A DNA stretch of 64,000 nucleotides from Chlorobiota bacterium (lineage in GTDB: Bacteria > Bacteroidota > Ignavibacteria > Tepidaquicellales > OLB5). Position 1 is the first letter of the stretch; each line of letters begins with the position of its first letter. The stretch spans positions 65,652-129,651 of the forward strand of contig JAKEEM010000008.1 in the NCBI GenBank assembly GCA_022616535.1, written 5' to 3'. The notes under the pieces are model-generated. The model was not told the DNA's origin. It was given only the letters and a program-made list of their open reading frames with translations, and ran no database searches. The translations under genes and the position numbers were made by a program. Positions 44,523-55,136 of this stretch are shown here, piece after piece.

Positions 44523-45986
44523 ATGAAAATTTTGTTTTTTTTGCTATATTTGGAAAGCTTGAGAGCAAAAATCCCAATATTACGTTATGCATTAACTATT
44601 GTTTTTTTTGGCTTTATGTTGATTTTTGGATGTGCAAACCAGCAGCCGCCCGGGGGTGGTGAAGAGGATAAAATCCCTCCAAAAGTAAAGATTGTCTCAC
44701 CTAAACCAAATTCCACTGGTTTTAAAAGTAATGCAATCGTTTTTGAGTTTAATGAATATGTCGATAGACGCAGCTTTCAGGATGCATTCAGAATCTCACC
44801 GCAGGTAAAAGGCGATATTGAATTTAACTGGGGCGGAAAAGAGGTGGAAGTGCGATTTCCATTCGACCTTTATAAAATAGATGCAAATAAAACATTTGTT
44901 GTAAATATTAATTCCAGCTTAAAGGATATAAGAGGCAATGCTATTGCGGAGCCGGTTAATTTTGCATTTTCGACCGGCTCTGCAATTGATATGGGTGGAG
45001 TTTCCGGATTAGTATATAATGCGGGTAAAAAAATAGCTGCTGTGCTTGCATATAATTTGAACAAGGAATATGACCCGACTAAGAATACCGCCGATTATAT
45101 AACTGAAACATCAGCAGAAGGAATTTATAATTTGACAAATCTTGCCGCCGGTAAATACAGAATAATAACCGTTATTGATGAGGACAGAAACCTTCTGTTT
45201 ACATCCGAACGTGAGAGTTATGGTGTTCTTCCATTCGATGTTGAGGTTAAAGATTCAGTTACTCTTAAAAACGTTAACTTTTATTTAAAAGATATTACTG
45301 CTGATGTTCAAACCGGTCCGGAGCTGGATTACACTAAGTATTTTAAAGATACACTTCTGGTTGTTTTTTCTTCTGTCGAAAAAGGGTCAAGAACTGTTCT
45401 GCCTGAACAGAGCATTTTTTTGTTCTTCAATAAATTTAAGCCGTCGAGAGAAGTTTTTATAAACTCATTTAAGCTTGCAGATGAAAACGGAACTCCGGAA
45501 CGTGTTGTCTTCAACTGGAAAAATGATTCACTTGTTGAGATATTTTCCTCTTCCAAATTCCAAACAAACCGCAAATATAATCTTTCGTTCCGATTGAAAC
45601 TTCAGAATGATTCAATTTATAATTATAATCTGGAATTCAGGACGGTGAGCGAAAACTCATTCGGCGAAATGAAAGGAGTTATCAATTCAAATTATACAGA
45701 ATATAATATTTTTGATTTTCCTATAAAAATAGAGATGGAAGCAAAAGGGATTATCCCTCTGTTGACATACAATTTCGAGGCACGGGATTCTGTTTTTAGT
45801 TTTAAAAATATTCTTGATGCTGAGTATAGTCTTTTTTCATTTGCAGATAAAAATAATAACTCATTATTTGATTTCGGATACCCATTTCCTTTTGAATATT
45901 CAGAGCCATTCTACATTTACCCCCAGGCTTTGAACATAAAAGGAGGATGGACTGTTGAAAACGTTGTGATTAATTTCGTAAAATGA
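44523..45986 (+). CDS. Lipoprotein with N-terminal Ig-like (SbsA/Big_5-type) domain
   Basis: Lipobox LIFGC, then PPKVKIVSPKPNST... typical of Ig-like lipoproteins. Its stop overlaps the xseA start (ATGA). Confidence 0.6.
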   Translation: MKILFFLLYLESLRAKIPILRYALTIVFFGFMLIFGCANQQPPGGGEEDKIPPKVKIVSPKPNSTGFKSNAIVFEFNEYVDRRSFQDAFRISPQVKGDIEFNWGGKEVEVRFPFDLYKIDANKTFVVNINSSLKDIRGNAIAEPVNFAFSTGSAIDMGGVSGLVYNAGKKIAAVLAYNLNKEYDPTKNTADYITETSAEGIYNLTNLAAGKYRIITVIDEDRNLLFTSERESYGVLPFDVEVKDSVTLKNVNFYLKDITADVQTGPELDYTKYFKDTLLVVFSSVEKGSRTVLPEQSIFLFFNKFKPSREVFINSFKLADENGTPERVVFNWKNDSLVEIFSSSKFQTNRKYNLSFRLKLQNDSIYNYNLEFRTVSENSFGEMKGVINSNYTEYNIFDFPIKIEMEAKGIIPLLTYNFEARDSVFSFKNILDAEYSLFSFADKNNNSLFDFGYPFPFEYSEPFYIYPQALNIKGGWTVENVVINFVK

Positions 45987-47227
45987 TACAGGGAAATCTT
46001 CCCCAAATATTAACTGTTTCGGAGCTCAATTTTAATATCAAAACCCTAGTTGAGGAAAATTTCCGCTTCGTTCATTTAATCGGAGAGATATCCAATTTCA
46101 AGGTGCACTCGCAGTCAGGCCACTATTATTTTACCTTGAAGGATTCGGGCTCTCAAATCAGCGCAGTAATGTGGAGAACACGTAATGAAAACCTGTTATT
46201 TACTCCCGAAGACGGAATGCAGATTGTTGTGAAAGGGAGAATTACAGTTTTTCCCGCAAAGGGGAGCTACCAGATTGAAGTATGGGAATTAAAGCCACAG
46301 GGCATGGGTGAGCTCCAGGCAAGATTTGAAAAACTTAAGCAAAAGCTCTTTGAAGAAGGTATGTTTGATGAAGCTCATAAAATGGAATTACCGAAGTTTC
46401 CCGAAAATATTGTTTTGATTACATCTAAAACCGGTGCGGTTTTGCATGATTTTATTAAAATCTGTAAAAGAAGGTATCCTTTGCTTAACATTTACTTGTA
46501 TCCTGTAAACGTGCAGGGAGTAAGTGCATCTTCATCCATAATTGAAGCCTTAAGAGATGCTGAAAAGTTTCAAAAATTCCCCGTTATTGATATAATCGTA
46601 ATAGCCCGAGGCGGAGGTTCTCTTGAGGATTTATTGCCGTTTAACGATGAAAGGCTTGCAAGGGTCATTTTTTCGTGCAAAATACCCATTGTAAGCGCGG
46701 TTGGTCATGAGGTTGATTTTACAATATGCGATTTCGTAGCTGATATGAGAGCCCCAACGCCATCTGCTGCAGCTGAGTTAATTACCCCAAATATAAAAGA
46801 TTTAATTGAAAGTATTGACAAATTTTCGTATTTTAGCAGAAGTTTTGTCCAAAGTAAGACTGAGAATTTAAGAAATTCTTTAAGGGAAGTTCAGGGAAGC
46901 TATTATTTTAACCGTCCTAAGGACTTAATTAGTGAATTTAATATGCGAATCGATGAGCTTTCAAAGGGCATAACTGGCACGGCGGGTGGTAGGATTTCGT
47001 CGTTAAAAAGCTCTGTGAAGTTTTTTAAGCAGACTTTGCATCATATCAGCCCGAGAAATAATTTAAAAAAGGGCTACGCAATTGTGAGAAAGAAGGTAGA
47101 TATGGATGAATTAAGACTATTGTTTGAATTTGAAAAAATTGTTACACGGGCATCGGGTGTTGGAAAAAACGAGGAAGTTGAAATAGAATTCCACGATAAT
47201 AAAAAGCAGGCAAAAATTACAAGCTAA
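45983..47227 (+). CDS. xseA: Exodeoxyribonuclease VII large subunit
   Basis: OB-fold N-terminus LTVSELN..IK.L.E, GEISNF..H.SGH.YF.LKD and RGGGS motifs. Confidence 0.95.
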   Translation: MIQGNLPQILTVSELNFNIKTLVEENFRFVHLIGEISNFKVHSQSGHYYFTLKDSGSQISAVMWRTRNENLLFTPEDGMQIVVKGRITVFPAKGSYQIEVWELKPQGMGELQARFEKLKQKLFEEGMFDEAHKMELPKFPENIVLITSKTGAVLHDFIKICKRRYPLLNIYLYPVNVQGVSASSSIIEALRDAEKFQKFPVIDIIVIARGGGSLEDLLPFNDERLARVIFSCKIPIVSAVGHEVDFTICDFVADMRAPTPSAAAELITPNIKDLIESIDKFSYFSRSFVQSKTENLRNSLREVQGSYYFNRPKDLISEFNMRIDELSKGITGTAGGRISSLKSSVKFFKQTLHHISPRNNLKKGYAIVRKKVDMDELRLLFEFEKIVTRASGVGKNEEVEIEFHDNKKQAKITS

Positions 47228-47460
47228 TGGCTAAGAAGGAAACCAGACAAAAATCATTTGAGGAGTCATACAGCCGGCTTGAAAAAATCCTTGAGAAACT
47301 GGAAAGCGACGATTGCTCGCTTGAGGATACAATCTCTCTTTACGAGGAAGGGTTAACTCTGACCAAATACTGCTATGACAAGCTGAACAATGCCGAGCTT
47401 CGTATAAAGGAAATAAATAAGTCCCTAAAAGGGGAACTTGGAATTAAGGATTATAAATAA
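47227..47460 (+). CDS. xseB: Exodeoxyribonuclease VII small subunit
   Basis: SFEESYSRLEKILEKLES...LEDTISLYEEG; 77 aa. Confidence 0.9.
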   Translation: MAKKETRQKSFEESYSRLEKILEKLESDDCSLEDTISLYEEGLTLTKYCYDKLNNAELRIKEINKSLKGELGIKDYK

Positions 47461-47476
47461 AAAGAGAATAAATAAA

Positions 47477-49384
47477 TTGGAAATAGAATATAAATACTTA
47501 AATGAGGTAAACTCACCCTCTGAGCTTAAAAAGCTTAACTTAACGGAGTTGAAAACACTGACCGATGAAATCAGGGATTATTTGGTAGACACAATCTCCA
47601 AAATAGGGGGTCACCTGGGCGCTTCTTTGGGCGTTGCGGAGCTTACTGTAGCTCTTCATTATGTTTTTAATACTCCCGATGATAAGCTCGTTTGGGATGT
47701 GGGTCATCAGGGCTATATACATAAAATTTTAACAGGTAGAAAAGAAGCATTGAAAACAATTCGCCAGCACGGAGGCATAAGCGGTTTTCTGAAACGAAGC
47801 GAAAGCGAATATGATGTATTTGGCGCGGGGCATGCAAGCACATCGCTTTCCGCTGCGCTTGGTGTTGCAGCAGCCCGTGATTTCCTAAAAAAGAAGTTTA
47901 AGGTTGTCGGTATTATCGGTGACGGCTCAATGACTGGCGGTATGGCTTATGAGGCGATGAATAATATCGGTCTGCTGAAGAAAGATATAATTGTGATTTT
48001 AAATGATAATAAGATGTCTATCGCACCCAATGTGTGGGCGCTGCATAATTATTTTAATGAGTTTTTAGCCAACCCTTCCTACAATAAATTCAGAAATTAT
48101 GTTTGGGATGCAACAGGCAAGCTTGATAAGAAAGTCGGCGACAGAATCAGGCACATAGCCGCAAAGCTTGAAGGCGGATTAAAGGGTGTAGTTACCCCGG
48201 GTATGCTTTTTGAAGCACTTGGATTCAGGTATTTCGGCCCGGTCAACGGGCATAACCTTGTAAATCTTGTTAAAATACTTGAAGAGATTAAAGATTTCAG
48301 CGGTCCGATTCTGCTTCATGTGGTTACTGAAAAAGGGCACGGCTACCGTCCCGCAAAGAATCATCACCAGAAGTTTCACGCTTCTACGCCGTGGGATAAA
48401 GTTACGGGTGAGACGATAAAGAAATCCGGCGGAACGCCTGCTTATACAAAGATATTCGGCGAGGCGCTGGTTGAAATCTGCAAAAACAATGAGAAAGTCG
48501 TCGGCATCACTGCGGCAATGCCTGACGGCACGGGACTTGATATACTTCAAAAGGCAATGCCTGAGCGGTATTTTGACGTTGGTATAGCTGAACAGCATGC
48601 AGTAACTTTTGCGGCGGGTTTGGCGACCGAAGGGTTTACTCCCGTTTGCGCAATTTATTCAACTTTCCTCCAGCGGGCTTATGACCAGATTATTCACGAC
48701 GTGGCAATTCAAAAGCTGCCGGTAATATTTGTTATGGATAGAGGCGGGCTCGTTGGCGCTGATGGTCCTACCCACCACGGCTCGCTTGATATGAGCTACT
48801 TCAGATGTATACAGGGAACTGTGTTAATGGCTCCAAAAGACGAGCAGGAATTAAGAGATATGCTTTATACTGCAACGCTGTATAAAAAAGGTCCGATTGC
48901 CATCAGGTATCCAAGAGGCAATGCGTTGGGAGTTGAGATTAAGCCGCTCAGCAGGATTGAAATCGGAAAGGGCGAGCTAGTTGAAAAAGGAAATGATGCG
49001 GCTGTAATTGCAATTGGCAGTATGGTTCCCATGGCTTTAAAAGCAAGGGCGGAGCTTTTGAAAGAAAGTATAGATATCGAAGTTGTTAATGCAAGGTTTA
49101 TTAAGCCACTCGACGGTGAGCTGCTGAAAGATGTTTTCAGAAGACACAAGAAAGTTTTAACTGTTGAGGATAACGTAATTGCCGGCGGATTCGGCTCAGC
49201 GGTGCTTGAGTTTATGAACCAGCAGAAAATAAATGATGTCGAGGTGATTGTTCATGGGCTGCCTGATAAGTTCATTGACCACGGCTCACCTGAAGAGCTT
49301 TATGCTGAGCTGAAAATGGATTTCAATGGTATAGCATCTATTATCAGGGAGCTGTTGTTATCTAAAGAAAAAGTAATAAATTGA
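47477..49384 (+). CDS. dxs: 1-deoxy-D-xylulose-5-phosphate synthase
   Basis: GGHLGASLG, GDGSMTGGMAYEA, AEQHAVTFAAG and GADGPTHHG motifs. The start is uncertain: TTG at 47477 is preferred, while the tracked TTG at 47438 overlaps xseB. Confidence 0.95.
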   Translation: MEIEYKYLNEVNSPSELKKLNLTELKTLTDEIRDYLVDTISKIGGHLGASLGVAELTVALHYVFNTPDDKLVWDVGHQGYIHKILTGRKEALKTIRQHGGISGFLKRSESEYDVFGAGHASTSLSAALGVAAARDFLKKKFKVVGIIGDGSMTGGMAYEAMNNIGLLKKDIIVILNDNKMSIAPNVWALHNYFNEFLANPSYNKFRNYVWDATGKLDKKVGDRIRHIAAKLEGGLKGVVTPGMLFEALGFRYFGPVNGHNLVNLVKILEEIKDFSGPILLHVVTEKGHGYRPAKNHHQKFHASTPWDKVTGETIKKSGGTPAYTKIFGEALVEICKNNEKVVGITAAMPDGTGLDILQKAMPERYFDVGIAEQHAVTFAAGLATEGFTPVCAIYSTFLQRAYDQIIHDVAIQKLPVIFVMDRGGLVGADGPTHHGSLDMSYFRCIQGTVLMAPKDEQELRDMLYTATLYKKGPIAIRYPRGNALGVEIKPLSRIEIGKGELVEKGNDAAVIAIGSMVPMALKARAELLKESIDIEVVNARFIKPLDGELLKDVFRRHKKVLTVEDNVIAGGFGSAVLEFMNQQKINDVEVIVHGLPDKFIDHGSPEELYAELKMDFNGIASIIRELLLSKEKVIN

Positions 49385-49848
49385 AGAAAATCAGGTTCAC
49401 ATTATCAATATTTATAGCAGCATTTTTCGTAGGCTCATGCGGCGAAGATTTAGTTCAGCCAAAAGAGAGCGGAACTTTGCTGTTCGAAAAATCAGGTTTG
49501 GTTGATAGCGCCGTAGTTTACGGATGTTATGCTTACACGGTGAGATATTTTGTTCCCGATACACTTGATTTAAACGGCTATTCAAAAATGAGAGTTGAAT
49601 TTGACGGTTATGCAAACAGCGACGGTTCAAGAATTTCAATAATCTACAGCACGCCCGATACAGCAAATGTTTTTGTTTACGAGGTTGAAGACCAGCTTCA
49701 AGTTAATAAATATCATTCACACAGCTTTCAAAAGCCGGCCAATGTGATATGGATTGAGCTGAGGCTGTATATAAACCCGCCTGTGTGCGGAACAAACGAG
49801 TTTAAATACGCAAGGGCAAGGGATTTAAAAGTTTACGGATTAAGGTAA
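49381..49848 (+). CDS. Hypothetical lipoprotein (155 aa)
   Basis: Lipobox FFVGSC. The start overlaps the dxs stop (TTGA). Confidence 0.55.
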   Translation: MKKIRFTLSIFIAAFFVGSCGEDLVQPKESGTLLFEKSGLVDSAVVYGCYAYTVRYFVPDTLDLNGYSKMRVEFDGYANSDGSRISIIYSTPDTANVFVYEVEDQLQVNKYHSHSFQKPANVIWIELRLYINPPVCGTNEFKYARARDLKVYGLR

Positions 49849-49860
49849 CTCTTAGCTTTT

Positions 49861-51243
49861 ATGCAGGAATCAATTACAAATACCTATATTCCGCTTGAAA
49901 GCCTTACAAAAACAAACGGAGATAACGGCTTGAGCAAAAAGCTGTATGTTGAAACATACGGCTGCCAGATGAATTTTGCCGATACTGAAATCGTAAATGG
50001 TATAATGGGCAAAAACGGCTACAGTCCGACGGAAAATATTGACGAATCATCCATCATACTTATAAACACGTGCAGCATCAGGGAAAATGCTGAGGAGCGT
50101 GTTTACCAGAGATTAAATGAAATAAGGAAGTACAAAAAACAAAACCCTGCTATCATTGTTGGCATTATCGGCTGCATGGCAGAACGGCTTAAAAGAGGAA
50201 TTTTCAATAAAAAGAGTGTTGTGGATTTAGTGTTAGGTCCGGATGAATACAGGAAACTGCCCTCGCTTATTGATAATCTCATAGACAGCGGCGAGAAGGG
50301 ACTCGCAGTTAAGCTTTCAAGGGTTGAAACCTATGATGATATAATGCCGCTCCGCAAGGACGGCATAACTGCGTGGCTATCGGTAATGCGCGGGTGCGAT
50401 AAGTTCTGCAGCTTTTGCGTTGTGCCTTATACAAGAGGGAGGGAGAGAAGCCGTCCTCTTGAAGGAGTTGTTAGTGAAGTCAAACAGCTTTGGGCTGAAG
50501 AGTTTAAGGAAGTTACCCTGCTCGGGCAGAATGTTAATTCATACAGCAGCGGGGAAAATGATTTTGCCGATTTGCTGAAATCCTGTGCAGAGGCAGTGCC
50601 TGAAATGAGAATCCGTTTTACTACTTCACACCCGCAGGATTTATCAATGAAGCTGATAGAAACCATTGCTAAATATGATAATTTATGCAAATACATTCAT
50701 CTTCCGGTTCAGTCGGGCTCTAACAGAATTTTAGAGCTGATGAAAAGAAATTACACAGTTGAACATTATTTGAATATTATTGATAATATAAAGAAAATAA
50801 TCCCTGATGTTTCGCTTTCAACCGATATAATCACTGGTTTCTGCTCGGAAACTGAAGATGACCACAAAATGACTCTCAACATTATGAAAGAAGTTCAGTA
50901 TGACGGAGCGTATATGTTTAAATACTCGCCCAGGGAGAAAACTAAAGCGTGGGAGCTGGGAGATGATATCGATGAGGAAGTAAAGACAAAAAGGATTATT
51001 GAAATTGTTGAGCTTCAAAAGGGAATCTCGGAGGAAAAAAACAGTAAATTACTCGGCAAAGAGTATGAAATAATTATAGAGGGCATAAGCAAGAAATCAG
51101 ATAAAATGCTTTTTGGCAGAACCGATGGAAATAAAACAGTTATTATGGATAAAAACGGGACAAAGACAGGTGAAAAAGTTACTGTCAGAATAAACAAAAC
51201 GAATTCCGCCACTTTGTTTGGAGAAATCATACATAAGAATTGA
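49861..51243 (+). CDS. miaB: tRNA-i6A37 methylthiotransferase MiaB
   Basis: YVETYGCQMN, radical-SAM CDKFCSFCVVP, and a TRAM domain at the C-terminus. Confidence 0.95.
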   Translation: MQESITNTYIPLESLTKTNGDNGLSKKLYVETYGCQMNFADTEIVNGIMGKNGYSPTENIDESSIILINTCSIRENAEERVYQRLNEIRKYKKQNPAIIVGIIGCMAERLKRGIFNKKSVVDLVLGPDEYRKLPSLIDNLIDSGEKGLAVKLSRVETYDDIMPLRKDGITAWLSVMRGCDKFCSFCVVPYTRGRERSRPLEGVVSEVKQLWAEEFKEVTLLGQNVNSYSSGENDFADLLKSCAEAVPEMRIRFTTSHPQDLSMKLIETIAKYDNLCKYIHLPVQSGSNRILELMKRNYTVEHYLNIIDNIKKIIPDVSLSTDIITGFCSETEDDHKMTLNIMKEVQYDGAYMFKYSPREKTKAWELGDDIDEEVKTKRIIEIVELQKGISEEKNSKLLGKEYEIIIEGISKKSDKMLFGRTDGNKTVIMDKNGTKTGEKVTVRINKTNSATLFGEIIHKN

Positions 51244-51249
51244 ACCGTT

Positions 51250-52377
51250 TTGAATAACTATAGCTTAAATAGTGACAGTAATTTGCTTGGCGTTTCGATT
51301 CCAATAGTGGAATTGAGGCAGATAATTAAGCAGGTTGCGCCTACCGATGTTACCGTATTAATCACAGGTGAGAGCGGGGTAGGGAAAGAAGTCGTTGCAA
51401 ATGAAATTCACCGTTTAAGCCGGCGTTCGGTTAAGCCGTTTATAACGGTTAATTGCGGTGCAATTCCCGAAGGAATTATCGAAAGTGAGCTTTTCGGACA
51501 CGTCAAAGGCTCGTTTACCGGAGCGGTCGATACACGCAAGGGTTATTTTGAAGCCGCAAACGGAGGCACGATATTCCTTGATGAAATAGGCGAGCTGCCT
51601 CTGCAAACGCAGGTTAAGTTTTTGAGGGTTATCGAAAACGGTGAGTATATGAAGGTCGGAGGAACTAAGACCGAGAAAGTCGATGTAAGAATAATTGCGG
51701 CATCCAATAAAAATCTGGAACAGCTTATAGAATCAAATTCATTCAGGGAAGATTTGTATTACCGGCTTCGCTCGATAAATATACACATTCCGCCTTTAAG
51801 GGAAAGAAAAGAAGACATAGAAATACTTTTTGATTATTTTGTTAAATTATTCTGTGAAAGAAACGGAATTAAGTTTAAAGGTATATCCGATGGGTCAATG
51901 GATTACATAATAAACTATAGCTGGCCGGGAAATGTGAGGCAGCTGAGAAACTTTACCGAGAGCTTAATAACCCTTAACATTGATAAAAAGATTGAAATAA
52001 ATGATGTTACTAAACAGCTAAACGTTCCTAGAAGCGAAAATAGTCTTCCTGCCTATATATCTGTTTATAAGGGACAGGATGAGAAGCAGCTTTTATTCGG
52101 GGCTTTGTTTGAGCTGAAGAAAGATATTATGGATATCAAGCATCAGCTTGCGGTAATTGAGGAAAATAAACAGCCGGTGCCTGAAAACGGCTTTTACGTG
52201 AGCGATGAAAGGCTTGATAACATCACTTTTGATGATTTTGAAAAGGAACTGCTTATATATTACTATAATAAGTACAACGGGAATATAAATAAAATTGCAC
52301 ACCAGCTTAAAATCAGTAACAGGACATTATACAGGAAATTTAAACTTTACGGCTTAAAAAATGGCAAAGCGCTTTAA
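51250..52377 (+). CDS. Sigma-54-dependent transcriptional activator consisting only of the AAA+ and HTH domains
   Basis: GESGVGKE Walker A, ESELFGH, GSFTGA (GAFTGA variant), and a C-terminal Fis-type HTH (NINKIAHQLKISNRTLYRK). No receiver or sensor domain precedes the AAA+ core. Confidence 0.85.
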   Translation: MNNYSLNSDSNLLGVSIPIVELRQIIKQVAPTDVTVLITGESGVGKEVVANEIHRLSRRSVKPFITVNCGAIPEGIIESELFGHVKGSFTGAVDTRKGYFEAANGGTIFLDEIGELPLQTQVKFLRVIENGEYMKVGGTKTEKVDVRIIAASNKNLEQLIESNSFREDLYYRLRSINIHIPPLRERKEDIEILFDYFVKLFCERNGIKFKGISDGSMDYIINYSWPGNVRQLRNFTESLITLNIDKKIEINDVTKQLNVPRSENSLPAYISVYKGQDEKQLLFGALFELKKDIMDIKHQLAVIEENKQPVPENGFYVSDERLDNITFDDFEKELLIYYYNKYNGNINKIAHQLKISNRTLYRKFKLYGLKNGKAL

Positions 52378-52876
52378 ACTGCCTGAATGTTTTATCATTT
52401 TGATTTCTGCCGTATTGCTTGGTTCATGCACGTATAGCTTTAAGGGGGCTTCTCCGCCGGAAGGAATTAAAACCATATACATTCCAAATTTCCGGGATGA
52501 AAGCGGGTTCGGGCTGCCGACACTATCGGAAGAAATGACAACCCTTTTAAAGGGCAAGTTCATCAACGATAACACACTTGAATATGCGGAAAAAACGAAT
52601 GCTGACGGGATGCTGGACTGTATTATAAGAAGCGTTAAAGATGAGGTTCAGGTTGTTTCAGGCAACGAGCAGGTCTCAAGGCGAAAAGTTACAATTGTTG
52701 TTTCGGTTGATTTTTCGAATCTGAAAAAGCAAAAAAGCATCTGGAAAAAGGATTTTTCAAACTGGGGTGAATATGACAGCTCAACCGGAGGCTTTTCTAA
52801 ACGCGATGAGGGAGTTAAAGCTGCAATCAATAAATTGACCGACGATATTTTAATTGACGTGATTTCAAACTGGTAA
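52361..52876 (+). CDS. lptE: LptE-like LPS-assembly lipoprotein
   Basis: Lipobox LLGSC followed by TYSFKG; 171 aa. Sits after the sigma-54 activator gene, as in Bacteroidota. Confidence 0.6.
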   Translation: MAKRFKLPECFIILISAVLLGSCTYSFKGASPPEGIKTIYIPNFRDESGFGLPTLSEEMTTLLKGKFINDNTLEYAEKTNADGMLDCIIRSVKDEVQVVSGNEQVSRRKVTIVVSVDFSNLKKQKSIWKKDFSNWGEYDSSTGGFSKRDEGVKAAINKLTDDILIDVISNW

Positions 52877-52898
52877 TTATTGGTAAAAAAAGAATAAC

Positions 52899-54374
52899 TT
52901 GGAAGAAATAATACTGTTTATCTATATAGGTTCGCTGATTATTCTTTTCACCTTCGGCTCACACGGCTTTATAATGATTTATTACTATCTTAAGCACAGG
53001 CATAAAAGAGATGACCTAAGCGAAGACCTCGACGGGCACCCGATGGTTACGATTCAGCTTCCGGTTTATAACGAGATGTATGTGGTCGAACGGCTTATAA
53101 AAACAACATGCGAGATAGATTATCCAATCGACAGGCTTGAAATACAGGTGCTTGATGATTCAACCGATGAAACTGTGGAGATTGCGGCAAACGTAGTAAG
53201 GGAATACCAGATGCGGGGTTTTGACATAAAACATATTCATAGGGATGACCGCTCAGGATTTAAGGCAGGGGCACTTAAGAAAGGACTTGAAACGGCGAAG
53301 GGCGAGTTTGTTGCAATTTTCGATGCGGATTTTATTCCGCGAAAGAATTTTTTGAAGGTTGTTCTGCCGTATTTTAAAGATCCGAAAATAGGTATGGTTC
53401 AAACAAGGTGGGAACATTTAAACAGAAGCTACTCGCTTGTAACGCAGATTCAGGCACTTGCACTTGACGGACACTTTGTAATCGAGCAGCAGGTGAGAAA
53501 CAAAGCCGGCTATTTTATTAATTTTAACGGAACAAGCGGCATCTGGCGAACGGAGTGCATCTTCGATGCGGGAAACTGGGAAGCAGATACTTTGACCGAG
53601 GATTTAGATTTGTCTTACAGGGCTCAGCTTAAGGGATGGAAGTTTAAATACCTTACTGATTTTTCCACACCTTCGGAAGTGCCGTCCGAAATTAATTCAT
53701 TGAAATCACAGCAGTTTAGATGGACAAAAGGGGCAATTGAAACGGCAAAGAAAATGCTTTTCAGAGTTTGGGGCTCGGGTGTTCCGCTGAAGACAAAAAT
53801 CATGTGCACGTTTCATCTGACTAACAATATTGTTTTCCCGTTTATTTTAATTGCGTGTCTGTTAAATATGCCGATTGTGCTTATTAAAAACTCAGGACAC
53901 TACGACACATACTTCTTGTTTATGTCGGTCTTTGTTCTTGCGTTCATTGCTTCGTTTCTTTTTTATTTATATTCCCAAAAAGATGTATATGAGGACTGGC
54001 GTTCGAGAATTTTGCTTTTCCCGGTTTTTATGGCAGGTAGTATGGGCTTTGCTATAAACAATACTAAAGCAGTCTTTGAAGGACTGCTCAATAAAAAATC
54101 TGAGTTTGTTAGAACGCCTAAATACGGCATTGAAGGCGAAAAGGATACATGGCAGGATAAAAAATATGTTCAGAAAAAAATTAAGCTTTCAGTAATATTT
54201 GAGCTGCTGGTTGCATTATACAGCTTTGCATGCGTTATTGTCTCGCTTGTTACACTTCAGATTTCTGCTATACCTTTTCAGCTTATGTTTGCTTTCGGAT
54301 TTGGGCTTGTCGCCTATCTTTCAATAAAGCACGTTGTTGATTCAAATAAAAGGGCTTCGGAACAATCAGCTTAA
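52899..54374 (+). CDS. Family-2 glycosyltransferase, processive (cellulose-synthase-like) membrane type
   Basis: Motifs VLDDSTD, FDADF, TEDLDLS and QQFRWTKG (QxxRW), plus C-terminal TM helices. Confidence 0.85.
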   Translation: MEEIILFIYIGSLIILFTFGSHGFIMIYYYLKHRHKRDDLSEDLDGHPMVTIQLPVYNEMYVVERLIKTTCEIDYPIDRLEIQVLDDSTDETVEIAANVVREYQMRGFDIKHIHRDDRSGFKAGALKKGLETAKGEFVAIFDADFIPRKNFLKVVLPYFKDPKIGMVQTRWEHLNRSYSLVTQIQALALDGHFVIEQQVRNKAGYFINFNGTSGIWRTECIFDAGNWEADTLTEDLDLSYRAQLKGWKFKYLTDFSTPSEVPSEINSLKSQQFRWTKGAIETAKKMLFRVWGSGVPLKTKIMCTFHLTNNIVFPFILIACLLNMPIVLIKNSGHYDTYFLFMSVFVLAFIASFLFYLYSQKDVYEDWRSRILLFPVFMAGSMGFAINNTKAVFEGLLNKKSEFVRTPKYGIEGEKDTWQDKKYVQKKIKLSVIFELLVALYSFACVIVSLVTLQISAIPFQLMFAFGFGLVAYLSIKHVVDSNKRASEQSA

Positions 54375-54380
54375 TAAGAG

Positions 54381-55136
54381 TTGGTAGATACAGATATAAT
54401 ACAATATTTAATCACAAAGCTTGAGGATAAAATCAGAGCCAATCCTTTCAGCCCCGAATACGTTAAGCTTGCAAATTATTATCTCATAAACGGAAACGTA
54501 AATGAAGCAATCGACTTGCTTCACGCAGGGCTTAATTTTTATCCAAATTACGTAACTGCCAAGCTGATTCTGGGAAAAGCTTACTTGGCAAACAGGTATT
54601 TTTTAGATGCCAAAAAAATTTTCGAACAGATTCTTGCCGACTATCCGGATGTGAGCGTTGCCGGGAAGTATCTGGCACTTTCAACAGATATGGCAAAAAA
54701 TGAAGCTTCAAGAAAAATTGATGATGATATAATTCCCAAGCTTGAGTTTAAGGCGCCTGAGTTCAACGATTATGAATACAGCTATAATCTTTTCCCCGCC
54801 TATGAAATAGAGGAGTTCACCAGGGAAAATATTGATGCAGCCCGAATAGCAGAATCAAGCGAGTTTGCCGAGTTTAAGAAAGTTTTTGAATCGCCTCACT
54901 TTTTTAAAGGAGCTGCAAAAAAACCCTCGTATGAAAAGAAGCGATTGAGAAATAAATTTGAAGTTAAAATAATTACCGAAACTCTTGCCGATATTTTTGC
55001 CAAGCAAGGGAATTATTTTGATGCGATTGAGGCGTATACTTATCTGTTAAAGGTTAAACCTGAAAGAAAAGAAGTGCTTGAAAACAAAATTAACGATGTC
55101 GAAGTGCAGATTAACAACCTTATAAACGATTTTTAA
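54381..55136 (+). CDS. TPR-like repeat protein
   Basis: TTG start. Helical repeats (AIDLL..GLNFYPNYV.A...LGKAYL, and YFDAIEAYTYLLKVKP). Confidence 0.55.
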   Translation: MVDTDIIQYLITKLEDKIRANPFSPEYVKLANYYLINGNVNEAIDLLHAGLNFYPNYVTAKLILGKAYLANRYFLDAKKIFEQILADYPDVSVAGKYLALSTDMAKNEASRKIDDDIIPKLEFKAPEFNDYEYSYNLFPAYEIEEFTRENIDAARIAESSEFAEFKKVFESPHFFKGAAKKPSYEKKRLRNKFEVKIITETLADIFAKQGNYFDAIEAYTYLLKVKPERKEVLENKINDVEVQINNLINDF

